DNA of 64,000 nt from an uncultured Acidobacteriota bacterium (GTDB taxonomy: Bacteria; Acidobacteriota; Thermoanaerobaculia; Gp7-AA8). Shown piece after piece: positions 29,008 through 39,739 of this stretch. The position numbers and the translations under genes were made by a program. The DNA is taken from contig CAVUKB010000007.1 in assembly GCA_963741955.1 (NCBI GenBank), positions 288,001 through 352,000 of the forward strand. The letters are read 5' to 3'. The notes beneath the pieces are model-generated. The model had not been told where the DNA came from, searched no databases, and saw only the letters and a list, made by a program, of their open reading frames with translations. The first letter of the stretch is position 1; each line of letters begins with the position of its first letter.

Positions 29008-30270
29008 CTACACCTTCACGCCGCCCGCAGCGGGTACGACCGCGCGATTCCTTCCTTTCGCCTTCGCTTCGTAGAGCCGTTCGTCGGCAGCGGCGAAGAG
29101 GCGCTCCGGAGTGATGCCGTCGTCGGGAAAGATCGCGCCCCCGATGCTCACGGTGATCGGCGGCCGCTCGCCGATCGGAGGGATCGTTTCGATCGCGGTG
29201 CGCACGCGTTCGGCGAGCTGGGAAAGAGAGGAGCCGGTCGTCTCGGGAGTAATGATCGAGAACTCCTCGCCGCCGAACCGGGCCGGGTAGTCGCTGGTGC
29301 GCACGCATTCGCGGAGAGTCCGTCCGACCGCCTGCAGCGCTTCGTTCCCTGCGAGATGGCCGAAGCTGTCGTTGTAATTCTTGAAGTGATCGAGATCGAG
29401 GATGAGGATGCCGAATCCGTGCGGGTAGCGGTCTTCACGCTCGATCTCCCGCTCCATGGTGTGGAGAAACGCGCGGAAGTTCGGAAGAGCGGTCAGCTCG
29501 TCGGTGAGCGAGCGCTTCTCGAGCTCCGCGTTCGAGGCGACGAGCGAATCGGCCATCCGGTTGAACGCTGTGCCGAGCTGCGCGACTTCCGCATCGCCTC
29601 CGATCGGAGCCCGCACTTTCAACTCGCCAGCCGCCAGTCGCTCTGCCGCCTGGGAGAGACGCTCGATCGGGGTGACGACGTTGGTGAGGGTCCGCTTCGC
29701 GACGAGGAGGCTGACGATGGCGATGATCCAGGCGACGCCGAGTCCGGTCCACATCGCGTTCGTTCCTCCGCGCGAGAGGCGTGGCTTCTCCGTACGGATG
29801 TCCGATTCGTATCGATCGATCATTGCTCGCGCCGTGTCCACGACCTGCTCGGAGCGCGAGAGAACTTCGGCGCGAACCGTCGTGCGGTCCGCCTCCGACA
29901 TCTTGTTCCAATCCAGTCCTGCGCTCGAGACGAGCGCCTGGAGCGTGGCCATCTCGTCGTGAAGCTCCCGGCTTCCCTCGCCTCGAAGGGATTCGCGCTC
30001 GATGAGCTGCGCGACGCTGTTGTAGCGGATGGCGAGCTTCGAAGGGTCGAGCTCCGCGGCCTCGTTCCATTGATTGCGCCATGCGTTCTGAAAGCGGATC
30101 AACTCTTCGAGCGGCGCGACGGCTCCGGTCTGAATCTCCAGGATCCGGTCGAACTCGTGCTCGGCCGAACGTGCACGCCAGGTGAGGATGAAGACGGTGC
30201 CGATCAACAGCATCGCGTTGAGAAGCGTCAGCGCGTAAACCCGGTTGCGGAGTCGTGTTCTCGAGGCCAT
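29008..30270 (-). CDS. Membrane diguanylate cyclase (periplasmic helical bundle, HAMP, GGDEF)
   Basis: Two TMs, HAMP (PIERLSQAAERLAAG...AFNRMA), DLDHFKNYNDSFGH, RTSD I-site, RFGGEEF. Confidence 0.95.
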   Translation of the reverse strand: MASRTRLRNRVYALTLLNAMLLIGTVFILTWRARSAEHEFDRILEIQTGAVAPLEELIRFQNAWRNQWNEAAELDPSKLAIRYNSVAQLIERESLRGEGSRELHDEMATLQALVSSAGLDWNKMSEADRTTVRAEVLSRSEQVVDTARAMIDRYESDIRTEKPRLSRGGTNAMWTGLGVAWIIAIVSLLVAKRTLTNVVTPIERLSQAAERLAAGELKVRAPIGGDAEVAQLGTAFNRMADSLVASNAELEKRSLTDELTALPNFRAFLHTMEREIEREDRYPHGFGILILDLDHFKNYNDSFGHLAGNEALQAVGRTLRECVRTSDYPARFGGEEFSIITPETTGSSLSQLAERVRTAIETIPPIGERPPITVSIGGAIFPDDGITPERLFAAADERLYEAKAKGRNRAVVPAAGGVKV

Positions 30271-30289
30271 GTCGGTCCGTTCCGCCCTC

Positions 30290-32299
30290 TCACTCCCCAC
30301 CGGCAGCGGCGACGCCGTTCAGGGCGTGCATGCCGAGGTGACGCATCCGCTCGATCACGCGATGGACGGTGAGGATCACCTCCGCGTGACTCCAGGTGAG
30401 CGGCGAGACCGAAAGCGGCGAACCGGCGAACGGGTCGACCTGCTCGGGAAGCGTGCCGCTGGGCATGGCCCGATCGGTCGCCCAGTCGAGAAGATCGACC
30501 GCCTGCTGCAGCTCCTCGACGGTCCGGGCGATCTCCGCCTTCCAACGTGCAATCCAGAGTGTGCAGATGATCCATGGATTCCCGGGAGCGACCGCCGTGT
30601 CCCGAGTGACCTGATAGTAGTAGTCGTTCTCGTAGCGAGCGTAGCCTCCGATCGGCGTGTGCACGGCGAGACGGTCCATGACCCGATGCATCGTCGACAC
30701 GATACGCGGATCGTCGGGAGCGAACATGCCGAACATCCAGAGTCCGCAGACCGAGGAGTCGACCACCGGGTCGATGGAAATCGCTCCCTCCGGCGAGACG
30801 TTGACCATCCGGACGAACGAATCCGACGCCGGGTCGAAGAGAAATTTTCCCGCCGCTTCACGGATCTCGCTGGCTGCGGTCCGGTAGCGTTTCGTCAGCG
30901 TCGTTTCTCCGAACGCTTCCGTGAAATTCGCAGCGGCTTCGAGTCCCGCCCAGACCGCAGCGGTGGTGAAGGACATGATCCCGCGCCGCTCCTCCCACAG
31001 GTCGTACGACGGCGCCGGCAACCGGGTGTGCGATTCACGGAACCGAACCAGGAAGTCCGCGGAACGGGTGACCATCGCCCGGTAGAGTGGACGGATGAAT
31101 TCCACGTCGTGAAACTTCGCGAAGTGCCGCCACAGTGCCCAGAGGACCAGCGCCGTTTCGTCCTCCTGAATCGGCAGCGCACGCGATCCGTCGGAGCTCA
31201 TCCAGGGATGCCACGATGATCCGACCGATCCGTCCGGGTTGTACTTGTGGAGGAGATAACCGTCGTGGGTGTACAGGGGAAAGCAGAACTCGAAGAACTT
31301 CCTCGAGACGTCACTGTAGCCGGAGCCGTTCATCGCATCGGCGGCGATCGAGCCATCGCGTGGCCAGACGTAGCTGTACGTATCGCGGCTGAAGAGGATC
31401 GCATCCGAGTCGGTCGCCGCGATCACGGCCCCGTTGCCGTTGACCTGCGAGCGGAGGATCAGGAGCGAGCGCCGGTACAGATCCCGGACCGGATCGGAGA
31501 GAAGTTTCAGTCCGTGCGAGTCATCCTTGCGCGACCAGAGCCGCCAGTAATGCTCCGTCCTCTCCATGAAGCTGGCCGGTCCTCGCTCCCGCACCAGCGA
31601 CGCGAGCGAGGTCACCTCGGGGAACGATCGTCCGAACGCCCACCAGAACCAGACCGTCGCTTCGCCACCGGCGGTGAGTGTGGCCTCGATCATTCCGGTC
31701 GAATCGACGGAGCCCTGGGCGATCGGATTGCGGCTCAGCTCACCGTCCTCCGCATCGCGCCAGGTTCCCTGAAAGCCGCGCTGTTCCTTGACCCCCGTGG
31801 CGAAGGACGCCAGTCCGAAGCGGTCACCGGAGGCTCCGCTCATGAGAATGTAGCGCTGACCCTTGTACGCGATGAGAGAGCTCTGATCCGGATCGTAGAA
31901 GACGGTGTCGCCGATGGCGTTCTCGCCGAGGTGTCCATCGAGGTGGAGGAAGAGCCGGACCCGCCGGGGTTGATTGCGGAGGTCGCGCAGATCGACGCGG
32001 CGGATGAAGAGGTCGCGGTCGAAGTCGACCGTATCCCGGATCAGCGCGGCGATGCCGAGGGATGAGGAGGTCGCGGTGACACGGGTGACCAGCGTTTCCG
32101 GCTCGTATTCGCAGTGTTTGTTCCAGAGCGGCGATTCGATCCAGGCGAAGCGTCCGTCCGACCAGATGCCGAACCGGGAGGGATCGCCGGCGGTCTGGTT
32201 TTCCTCCCCGACGAACGGGTAGTAAACGTCCCGGATGTTGTAGTCGTGATCGAAATTGATCATCAGCGAGCCGTTGCTGATGGGCAGATCCCGAGCCAT
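30290..32299 (-). CDS. Glycoside hydrolase family 15 (glucoamylase/trehalase-like)
   Basis: GAVIAA, YSYVWPRDG, IQEDETA, YDLWEER, LPEQ, PLTWSHA. Confidence 0.93.
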   Translation of the reverse strand: MARDLPISNGSLMINFDHDYNIRDVYYPFVGEENQTAGDPSRFGIWSDGRFAWIESPLWNKHCEYEPETLVTRVTATSSSLGIAALIRDTVDFDRDLFIRRVDLRDLRNQPRRVRLFLHLDGHLGENAIGDTVFYDPDQSSLIAYKGQRYILMSGASGDRFGLASFATGVKEQRGFQGTWRDAEDGELSRNPIAQGSVDSTGMIEATLTAGGEATVWFWWAFGRSFPEVTSLASLVRERGPASFMERTEHYWRLWSRKDDSHGLKLLSDPVRDLYRRSLLILRSQVNGNGAVIAATDSDAILFSRDTYSYVWPRDGSIAADAMNGSGYSDVSRKFFEFCFPLYTHDGYLLHKYNPDGSVGSSWHPWMSSDGSRALPIQEDETALVLWALWRHFAKFHDVEFIRPLYRAMVTRSADFLVRFRESHTRLPAPSYDLWEERRGIMSFTTAAVWAGLEAAANFTEAFGETTLTKRYRTAASEIREAAGKFLFDPASDSFVRMVNVSPEGAISIDPVVDSSVCGLWMFGMFAPDDPRIVSTMHRVMDRLAVHTPIGGYARYENDYYYQVTRDTAVAPGNPWIICTLWIARWKAEIARTVEELQQAVDLLDWATDRAMPSGTLPEQVDPFAGSPLSVSPLTWSHAEVILTVHRVIERMRHLGMHALNGVAAAGGE

Positions 32300-32512
32300 C
32301 GATCCGGTCTCCCTCCTTTCGCTTCCGAAGCAGTTTCAAGGATACGCCGTTCGGGAATCCGCCGGGAACCTGATCGCAAAAGTGCGGGGAGCCGTTATGA
32401 TTCGATGCACGGGCGATAACTCCCGCCCCCTCTTTCTTTTGGCGCGGGGTTAGCAGGACCGGTCAGAACGGTTCCGGAACCGGCAAAGGCACGTGATTCG
32501 AGAATATTGGCG

Positions 32513-35500
32513 ATGATTTTCAACCGGAGCGGCGAGTCCGAGGTCCCGCGAGAGAACGAGCCGGGACGCTCTGCGTCCGACGGGCCTCTCCCCGGCCGTC
32601 GTCGGGGATGCCGGCGCGTTCTCCGAATCGTCGTCGGGGTGGCGCTCGTGGTCCTTCTTTTCCTGATCGGATTCTCGATCACCTTCGTCGGAACCGGGAA
32701 GTTCGGCCAGTACGTGGCGACCAAGATCGCGGCGAACCTCGAAGCGCATCTCGGGCGGAAGGTCCACATCGGGAGAGTGATCATCCTCCGGACCTATCCG
32801 ATCACGGTCATCCTCGAAGACATCACGCTCGCGAACGTTCCGGAAGGGGAAGCGAAGTACTTCGCGAAGATCGACCGGGCGGTGGTGAAAGCGGGGGTCA
32901 CGTCTTTCTACAAGCGGGTCTTCTCCCTCAACTCGATCGAAGTCGACCATCCGCAGATCAACCTGGAGATCTTCGGTCCGGAGAGTCCGATCCCGCACAA
33001 CTTCCCTCACTGGAAGGCGAACAAGCCGACCGGTAACCTGCAGATCGTCCGGGTCGAGGTGGACCGGATCACGGTGAAAGATGCGGAGTTCGCGTTCCTC
33101 GATCACCGTCATCAGATCACGGCTCACATGACGCGTCTCGCGTCCGTGATCACTCCCTCCGTCAACGAGCAGATCTACCAGGGGACGGCGGTCAGTCCGG
33201 CCGTGACGGTTCAGATCCAGGACTACGAGCCTTTGCATCTCGATTTCCGCGGCGGGTTCCGCTACGACCCCGGGACTCTGAAGCTGACCGGCCTGCGGCT
33301 CGACGGTGAAGACATTCACGTCGAAGCGGACGGGAAGGTCGAGCCGATCACCGAAGGGATCTACGACTTCGCAATCCGGGCGAATTTCGATCTGAAGAAG
33401 GTGAAGAAGACGTTCCTGGTCGACACCACACTCGACGGTCCGATGGCCATGACCGGACAGCTTCACGGCGACACGGGCACCTTCGTCTTCAAAGGAGGAT
33501 TCCGCTCTCCGAAGATCATCGCCGATCAGTACACCATGTCCGACCTTGCGGCGAAGTTCCAGGTGGACAACACCCACGCCGTCGTCGACGTCACGAAGGC
33601 GAGCTTCGAGGGGGGAGCGGTCACCGCTCACTACGTCCTGAACGATTTCAGCGAGCCGTATCCGATGGTGGTGGACCTGGGCTTCCGCGGCGTGTCGCTC
33701 GAACAGATGATCGGGACGTGGGGAGTGAGTCACATCGGCCTGGCCGGCGCGGCCACCGGAACCCTCCACTACACCTGGAACAAGAACGACCTTCTTGGCG
33801 GGCACGGAACCGGAATCGCACGGCTGAGCCCCAGCGCGCTCGCATCGAGCAGGGCGAAGTACCCGATACCCGTCTCCGGCACGACGAAGTTCGGCATCGA
33901 CAATGGGGTGATCCGATTCGCATCGGCGGACCTCGACCTGCCGAAGTCGAAGATTCACTTTGCCGGAACGCTCGCCATCAGCGATCTGAGGACGAACTTC
34001 ACATACTCGGTCCGGACCGGTGACTTCTCGGAGATCGACCGGATCGCATACAACCTCGCGCACGCAACCGGCAATCCGGATTTCACTCTGCTCGGGCTGG
34101 GAGGATCAGGGACGGCATCGGGAACGCTGAAAGGGAAGATCGACGAGCCGGTGGTCGCAGCGCACATCGAGGGGGCAGGTCTACAGTACAACCACGTCCT
34201 GATCGGCGAGACCGCGACCATCGATCTGACCTACGACGGACCGAAGGAGACGCTCGGCTTCCGCCCGGCGGTGTTCCGCCTTCCGAGCGCGTCGATGACC
34301 CTTCGCGGAACCCTCCATTTCCTGAAGGGGAAGGCCGGACCCGTCTTCGACCTCCAGGTCACTGCCGACAACTGGCCGGTAGAACGTGCTCTCGACGCGG
34401 TGGATATGCAGCAGTTCGCGATCAGTGGACGGGCGACTGGCGAGCTGACGGTGAAAGGGACGCCGGAGGACGGGACGGTGACGTTCTCGCCGGTGGCCAT
34501 CGCGCAGGAAACGGGACAGATCAACGTCACCGGAACCATCCACTGGCTGCCGGGAGAGAAGAACGTCGTGTTCAATCTCGACGTCGCAGCGGAGTCGTTC
34601 CCAGTGCAGGACCTCCTCACGTTCCTCGACATGTCCACAACGCAGATGAGTGGGCTGGTGACCGGCACGATGCATCTCGAAGGACCGCTCACCACGATCG
34701 AAGGAGCGGGCTCGCTCACGTTGCGTAACGGGAGCGTGTACGGACAGCCGATCGAAACGGCGACCGCCGACATCCTCTTCCGCAAAGGAGAGGTCCACGT
34801 CACGCATCTCGAGGTGACGTCGCCTGCAGGGCATGTTCTCGGTGAGGCCACCTACAACTTCGAGACCGGCAAGTTCGGCTACGTGATCAAGGAAGGGACG
34901 CTGCAGCTCGGGAATATCGCTCTTCCCGAGGCGCTGCAGGATCTCTTCGGCGGGACGCTCCACATCGTCTCCAGTGGTGCGGGAACGATGCAGAATCCGG
35001 AACTGGTGCTCGAGGCGACACTCGAGAGCGGTCAGATCAAGGGGGTCGAGTTTCCGCCCGGTGCACCGGCTCCGACGCTCTACCTCACCATCCGCAACGG
35101 TGAGATGAGCATCCGCGGGTCGGCGTTCGACGTTCTCTCCATCGAGGGGAGCGGCTCGGTCGCGCAGTCGGGGGCGCTCGACGGATCGGTCACCGTCAGG
35201 CTGACCGACATCGGGAAGTTTCTCTCCATCGTTTCGCCGTCGAGCGATATCGGGACGACCGGAAGCATGGTGGTGCAGCTCGATCTGGGAGGGAAGCTCG
35301 GAGCGCTCGAGACGATCAGGATCGAAGGGACCGTGCCGGAGCTCGATCTGCAGATCTCCGGACACCCGGTGACACCGGCGAGCCCGATCCGTTTCGCCTT
35401 GAACAACGGAGCGCTGCAGTTCGAGTCATTCCAGTTGAGAACGGACGGATCGACGTTCGACATCGCCGGAAGCGTAGGGCTGACCGGCGAGCAGAAGATC

Positions 35501-38500
35501 GATCTGAACATCGACGGCGCGGTGGAAGCCGCGCTGCTCCAGCTGTTCCTTCACGATCTCAAATCGGAGGGGCAGATCGGAATTCGGGCCCGGGTGGGGG
35601 GCACCGTGAGCACTCCGCGCCTGGAGGGAACCGCCGAGGTGAAGAACGGGCAGTTCCGTTTCGCCGGCTTCCCGCAGCTGATCGACAACGTCAACGCGGC
35701 CCTGGTGTTCCAGGGAGATCGTCTTCGGATCGATTCGTTCCAGGCCGTGGTCGGAGGCGGAACGGTGAACGCGGGCGGCTTCATCACTCTGAATGGCCTC
35801 ACCCCGAGTCGGGTACGGATCAATGCGACGGGAAAGAACGTCTCCATCCGCTACTTCGAAGGGCTCACCATCGACGGCGATTTCACCGGAAAGCTCGAGG
35901 GGGGTGTGGACCGGATGATCCTCGACGGCAACGTCACCGTCAACCGCGCCGTCTACTCGAAGGATTTCGATTTCGCGACCTCGATTCTCAACCTGATCCT
36001 GGAGCGGCGGGAGCTGATTCCGGCGCTGGCCGCGAGCTGGCAGGATCGGATCTCTCTCGACGTCAAGGTGAGCGCGGACGATACGCTCGCGGTCAAGAAC
36101 AACATCGCCGACATCACGGCGAGTGCGGAGTTCGACGTGATCGGGACTCTCGCCAATCCGGTGCTGATGGGACAGCTCACGATCGACGAGGGAGGGAAGG
36201 TCGACTTCCAGGACGTCCAGTATCGCGTGGTGCGCGGCACCATCAACTTTCAGAATCCTTTCCGGAACGACCCCTACTTCGACCTCACCGCGGAGGGGCG
36301 ACTCCAGGATTACCAGCTGACCATCAACGTCACCGGGACGCTCGATCACATCACCCCGACCATCACCAGCGATCCTCCGATTTCAGACCTGACCCTCCTT
36401 TCCCTTCTCGGACCCGGTCCGCTGACGACGGGCGCTGCGGGTGGGCCGCGGATCGGCACCTCCACTCTCGAGACGACCGGTTCCTCGCTGGTTGCGGAGA
36501 GTCTCGGTTCTCTGATCGGCCAGCGCATCCTCCCCTTCGCCGATGCATTCCGCTTCGAGCCCGGGCTGGTCGGCGATTCCGAGCAGAGGGTGACGTTCGA
36601 AAAGCAGATCTCGGACAACCTTCGGGTCATTCTGGTGTACTACCCCAAGGACCCCAACCGGCGGAACGCGGAGATCGTGGAGTGGCAGGTCAATCCCGAA
36701 TGGGTGATTCAGGCCACCGGAGTCGGAGGCGAGGCGAAGCAGAGTTACCTCCTGGAGGCGATCGACGCACGTTTCCGACGGCGGTACGAGGGGCACTTCG
36801 GCGTGAGCGGTGGGAAACCGGAACGGCCGCCGGCGGGGACGGCGACGATTGCGACTCCGGCCGGACCGGCAGCGGTACCGCACGAGCCGTTGCCGACGAA
36901 TCAGCCTCTCGCACCGGAGATCGCGTTCACCACTCCGACCGTCGAATCGATCAGTTTCCGGACCGACAGTCCGTTCGACGTCACGCCGCTCGCCGACGTG
37001 ATCTCCCTCTCGACCGGCAAGCCCCTCGACGTCCGCGACCTTCAGAGCTCGATCCAGGCTCTCTACGCGACGGGCAACTTCCGCGACATTCAGGTGGCGG
37101 CCGAGCAGCACGACGGAGCGATCGACGTCACGATCCTTCTCTCGCTCCACTACCTGATCTCGGACGTCGGCTTCGAAGGGTTGACCGAGTTCGAAGATCG
37201 GGCGAAGAAAGAGATGGTGACACGCGCCGGGTCGGTGCTCAGCCTCAATGCGGTCGACCGCAGCGCGGTCGCGATCCAGACCATGCTCGCCCGGCGCGGC
37301 TGGCTCGAGTCGACGGTCGACCCGGAGGTGCAGTATCAGCGCGAACAGAACCTGGCGAAGGTGATCTATCACGTCGCCATGGGACCTCGGGCAAAGGTCA
37401 CCGGGGTCGAGTTCACCGGCTCGCTCGCTCCCTTCGGCCGCGATCAGCTGATCGACCGGATGAAGGAACGTCCCGGATCGTGGTACTCGGCGTCAGCCGC
37501 GCGCAACGATGCCGACCGGATCCGGAACTTCCTGGTGCGGAAGGATTACCGGCGGGCGGACGTCCGTTACGTCGACGAGACCTACGACAGCAGCTCCGGC
37601 AGCGTGACGCTCCACTATCGGGTCGACGTCGGCCTGAAGGTCCGCGTGGCGGTCACCGGCGTCCCGCGCTCGGCCGTGCACCGGATGATCCCGTTCGGCC
37701 GGAACGAAGCGTATTCGCAGGACGCCATCGCCACCGCCACCGATGCGATCATCCGGCGCTATCAGCAGAAGGGATACTTCTTCGCCGCAGTCGACGTGAC
37801 GGAGAAGGAGAGCGGCGGCGAATGGGTGATCACATTCGATGTCGTTCCCGGCGAGACGTACCGCGTCGGGAGCGTCCGCTTCGAAGGGAACGAGACCGTT
37901 TCCGACAAGCAGCTCCGGAAGCTCGTCGCGACGAAGGCCGGCGGAGGGTTCCGTAGTTTCTTCGGTTCTCTTTTCGGCCGCGGCGGCCTCACTCAGGCAC
38001 AGCTCAACGAGGACCGCGATGCGATCGCCGCCTGGTACCGGCTCCACGGCTTCACCGAAGTGAGCGTCGGCCAGCCGGTGGCGAATCGCAAACCGGGGAA
38101 CCTGCTGGAGATCGTTTTCCCGATCACCGAAGGGCCGCAGACCATCGTCCGGAAGATCGAGATCGTCGGCAACGAGGGGATTCCCACCAGGCAGCTGCCC
38201 GCCCTGAGAATGAAGGAAGGGGATCCGCTCAATCCGCAACTCGTCACCGCGGACCTGATCGGGCTCCGATCGTTCTACAGCGAGAGAGGATATCCGGAGG
38301 TTCAGGTCACTCCTCACGTCGAGCCGAATTCCGCGAAGACTTCCGCCACTCTGACGTACCAGATCGCCGAAGGACCGAAGGTCGAGATCGGAGACGTCGC
38401 CGTTCGCGGAAATACGTATACGAGGACGGACGTGGTGCTGAAGAAGGCCGGTCTGAAGAAAGGCGAGCCATTCAGCTACCGGACCCTTCTCGAGGCGCAG

Positions 38501-39739
38501 CGCGAGCTCTACCGGATGGCGATCTTCGAAAGGGTCGAAGTCCAGCCCGAACACGGCGGGACGACTCCCTCGGAGCGCAACGTGACCATCGACGTCACGG
38601 AAGGGAAGGATCTGACCGTCGCCGGCGCACTCGGCTACTCCTCCTCCGAGAACGCGCCCCGCGTCACGGCCACTCTCTCCGACCGGAATCTGTTCGGCAC
38701 CGGCCGGTACGCCGCAATCGAGGCGCGCGTCTCTCAGCCGGAGAAGCGATACCTCATGACCTACACCGAGCCGTTCCCGTTCAACTACAACGTGCCGGCG
38801 CAGCTCACGGTCTTCCGTACCGACGAGAACCGTACCGTCGGTGGAACCGAGAATCTCTTCCACGTGGGGCGCTGGGGAACCTTCGTGGAGCTCGCGAAAG
38901 TCTTCCGCGAACAGACGCGGTGGTCGCTCCGCTACGAGTACAAGCTGGTCGATTTCACCTGCCGGGACGAGACGAACGAGCTGTGCCAGCTGGCGAAGCT
39001 CGGCATTCCGACCGCCGGAATTCCAGCCGAGGATCAGGGAACGCGGGTGTCCAGTCTGACCCCGACGTTCTTCTTCGACCAGAGAGACGACCCGGTCAAC
39101 CCGCACCGCGGCTTCTACGCCAGTGCGTCGCTGGAGTACGCGTTCCGCTTCCTCAATGCGGACGCGAGCTTCCTCAAGAGCCTCACCCAGGGAGCGTGGT
39201 ATCTCCCTCTGACCGACCGGTCGCAATTCGTCGTGGCGGGACGGATCGGAATGATCGAGCCGCTCGGAACCGAGCGTCAGCTCGAGAACCCGAGCATCGG
39301 ACCGCGCGTTCCGATCTCCGAGAAGTTCACCGCCGGAGGCGAGTCGTCCCACCGCGCGTTCGAGAGGAACGGACTCGGAGTGCTCTACCAGCTCTGTCCG
39401 GAGCCCACGAGCTGCTCCGGTTCGATTCCCGCCGGCGCGAGCCTGATAGGCGTCGGGAAGAACGTCTATCCGATCGGTGGAAACGCGCTGGTGGTGTTCA
39501 ACACCGAGTATCAGTTCCCGATCTTCGGAAATCTGCAGGGAGCCACGTTCCTCGACATCGGGCAGGTGTGGGGAACCATCCAGTCGATGAACGCGCGGGA
39601 TCTCCGCTACGGGGCGGGAGCGGGCCTCCGGTACGTCACCCCGCTCGGGCCGCTCCGTCTCGACGTCGGCTTCAAGTTCGACCGGAAGCCGTACGAGGAT
39701 CCATACGCGGTGTTCCTGACGCTCGGGTATCCGTTCTAG
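32513..39739 (+). CDS. TamB/AsmA-like protein fused to ~7 POTRA domains and an Omp85 beta-barrel
   Basis: N-terminal basic patch plus TM anchor; long beta-taco repeats; DUF490-like GTLANPVLMG...TSDPPISDLTLLSLL; Pro-rich linker; POTRA repeats (RFEGN, IVGN, VRGN, Y..GY); barrel with DRNLFGTG, DDPVNPHRG, GAGLRYVTPLGPLRLD, terminal LGYPF. Confidence 0.92.
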   Translation: MIFNRSGESEVPRENEPGRSASDGPLPGRRRGCRRVLRIVVGVALVVLLFLIGFSITFVGTGKFGQYVATKIAANLEAHLGRKVHIGRVIILRTYPITVILEDITLANVPEGEAKYFAKIDRAVVKAGVTSFYKRVFSLNSIEVDHPQINLEIFGPESPIPHNFPHWKANKPTGNLQIVRVEVDRITVKDAEFAFLDHRHQITAHMTRLASVITPSVNEQIYQGTAVSPAVTVQIQDYEPLHLDFRGGFRYDPGTLKLTGLRLDGEDIHVEADGKVEPITEGIYDFAIRANFDLKKVKKTFLVDTTLDGPMAMTGQLHGDTGTFVFKGGFRSPKIIADQYTMSDLAAKFQVDNTHAVVDVTKASFEGGAVTAHYVLNDFSEPYPMVVDLGFRGVSLEQMIGTWGVSHIGLAGAATGTLHYTWNKNDLLGGHGTGIARLSPSALASSRAKYPIPVSGTTKFGIDNGVIRFASADLDLPKSKIHFAGTLAISDLRTNFTYSVRTGDFSEIDRIAYNLAHATGNPDFTLLGLGGSGTASGTLKGKIDEPVVAAHIEGAGLQYNHVLIGETATIDLTYDGPKETLGFRPAVFRLPSASMTLRGTLHFLKGKAGPVFDLQVTADNWPVERALDAVDMQQFAISGRATGELTVKGTPEDGTVTFSPVAIAQETGQINVTGTIHWLPGEKNVVFNLDVAAESFPVQDLLTFLDMSTTQMSGLVTGTMHLEGPLTTIEGAGSLTLRNGSVYGQPIETATADILFRKGEVHVTHLEVTSPAGHVLGEATYNFETGKFGYVIKEGTLQLGNIALPEALQDLFGGTLHIVSSGAGTMQNPELVLEATLESGQIKGVEFPPGAPAPTLYLTIRNGEMSIRGSAFDVLSIEGSGSVAQSGALDGSVTVRLTDIGKFLSIVSPSSDIGTTGSMVVQLDLGGKLGALETIRIEGTVPELDLQISGHPVTPASPIRFALNNGALQFESFQLRTDGSTFDIAGSVGLTGEQKIDLNIDGAVEAALLQLFLHDLKSEGQIGIRARVGGTVSTPRLEGTAEVKNGQFRFAGFPQLIDNVNAALVFQGDRLRIDSFQAVVGGGTVNAGGFITLNGLTPSRVRINATGKNVSIRYFEGLTIDGDFTGKLEGGVDRMILDGNVTVNRAVYSKDFDFATSILNLILERRELIPALAASWQDRISLDVKVSADDTLAVKNNIADITASAEFDVIGTLANPVLMGQLTIDEGGKVDFQDVQYRVVRGTINFQNPFRNDPYFDLTAEGRLQDYQLTINVTGTLDHITPTITSDPPISDLTLLSLLGPGPLTTGAAGGPRIGTSTLETTGSSLVAESLGSLIGQRILPFADAFRFEPGLVGDSEQRVTFEKQISDNLRVILVYYPKDPNRRNAEIVEWQVNPEWVIQATGVGGEAKQSYLLEAIDARFRRRYEGHFGVSGGKPERPPAGTATIATPAGPAAVPHEPLPTNQPLAPEIAFTTPTVESISFRTDSPFDVTPLADVISLSTGKPLDVRDLQSSIQALYATGNFRDIQVAAEQHDGAIDVTILLSLHYLISDVGFEGLTEFEDRAKKEMVTRAGSVLSLNAVDRSAVAIQTMLARRGWLESTVDPEVQYQREQNLAKVIYHVAMGPRAKVTGVEFTGSLAPFGRDQLIDRMKERPGSWYSASAARNDADRIRNFLVRKDYRRADVRYVDETYDSSSGSVTLHYRVDVGLKVRVAVTGVPRSAVHRMIPFGRNEAYSQDAIATATDAIIRRYQQKGYFFAAVDVTEKESGGEWVITFDVVPGETYRVGSVRFEGNETVSDKQLRKLVATKAGGGFRSFFGSLFGRGGLTQAQLNEDRDAIAAWYRLHGFTEVSVGQPVANRKPGNLLEIVFPITEGPQTIVRKIEIVGNEGIPTRQLPALRMKEGDPLNPQLVTADLIGLRSFYSERGYPEVQVTPHVEPNSAKTSATLTYQIAEGPKVEIGDVAVRGNTYTRTDVVLKKAGLKKGEPFSYRTLLEAQRELYRMAIFERVEVQPEHGGTTPSERNVTIDVTEGKDLTVAGALGYSSSENAPRVTATLSDRNLFGTGRYAAIEARVSQPEKRYLMTYTEPFPFNYNVPAQLTVFRTDENRTVGGTENLFHVGRWGTFVELAKVFREQTRWSLRYEYKLVDFTCRDETNELCQLAKLGIPTAGIPAEDQGTRVSSLTPTFFFDQRDDPVNPHRGFYASASLEYAFRFLNADASFLKSLTQGAWYLPLTDRSQFVVAGRIGMIEPLGTERQLENPSIGPRVPISEKFTAGGESSHRAFERNGLGVLYQLCPEPTSCSGSIPAGASLIGVGKNVYPIGGNALVVFNTEYQFPIFGNLQGATFLDIGQVWGTIQSMNARDLRYGAGAGLRYVTPLGPLRLDVGFKFDRKPYEDPYAVFLTLGYPF

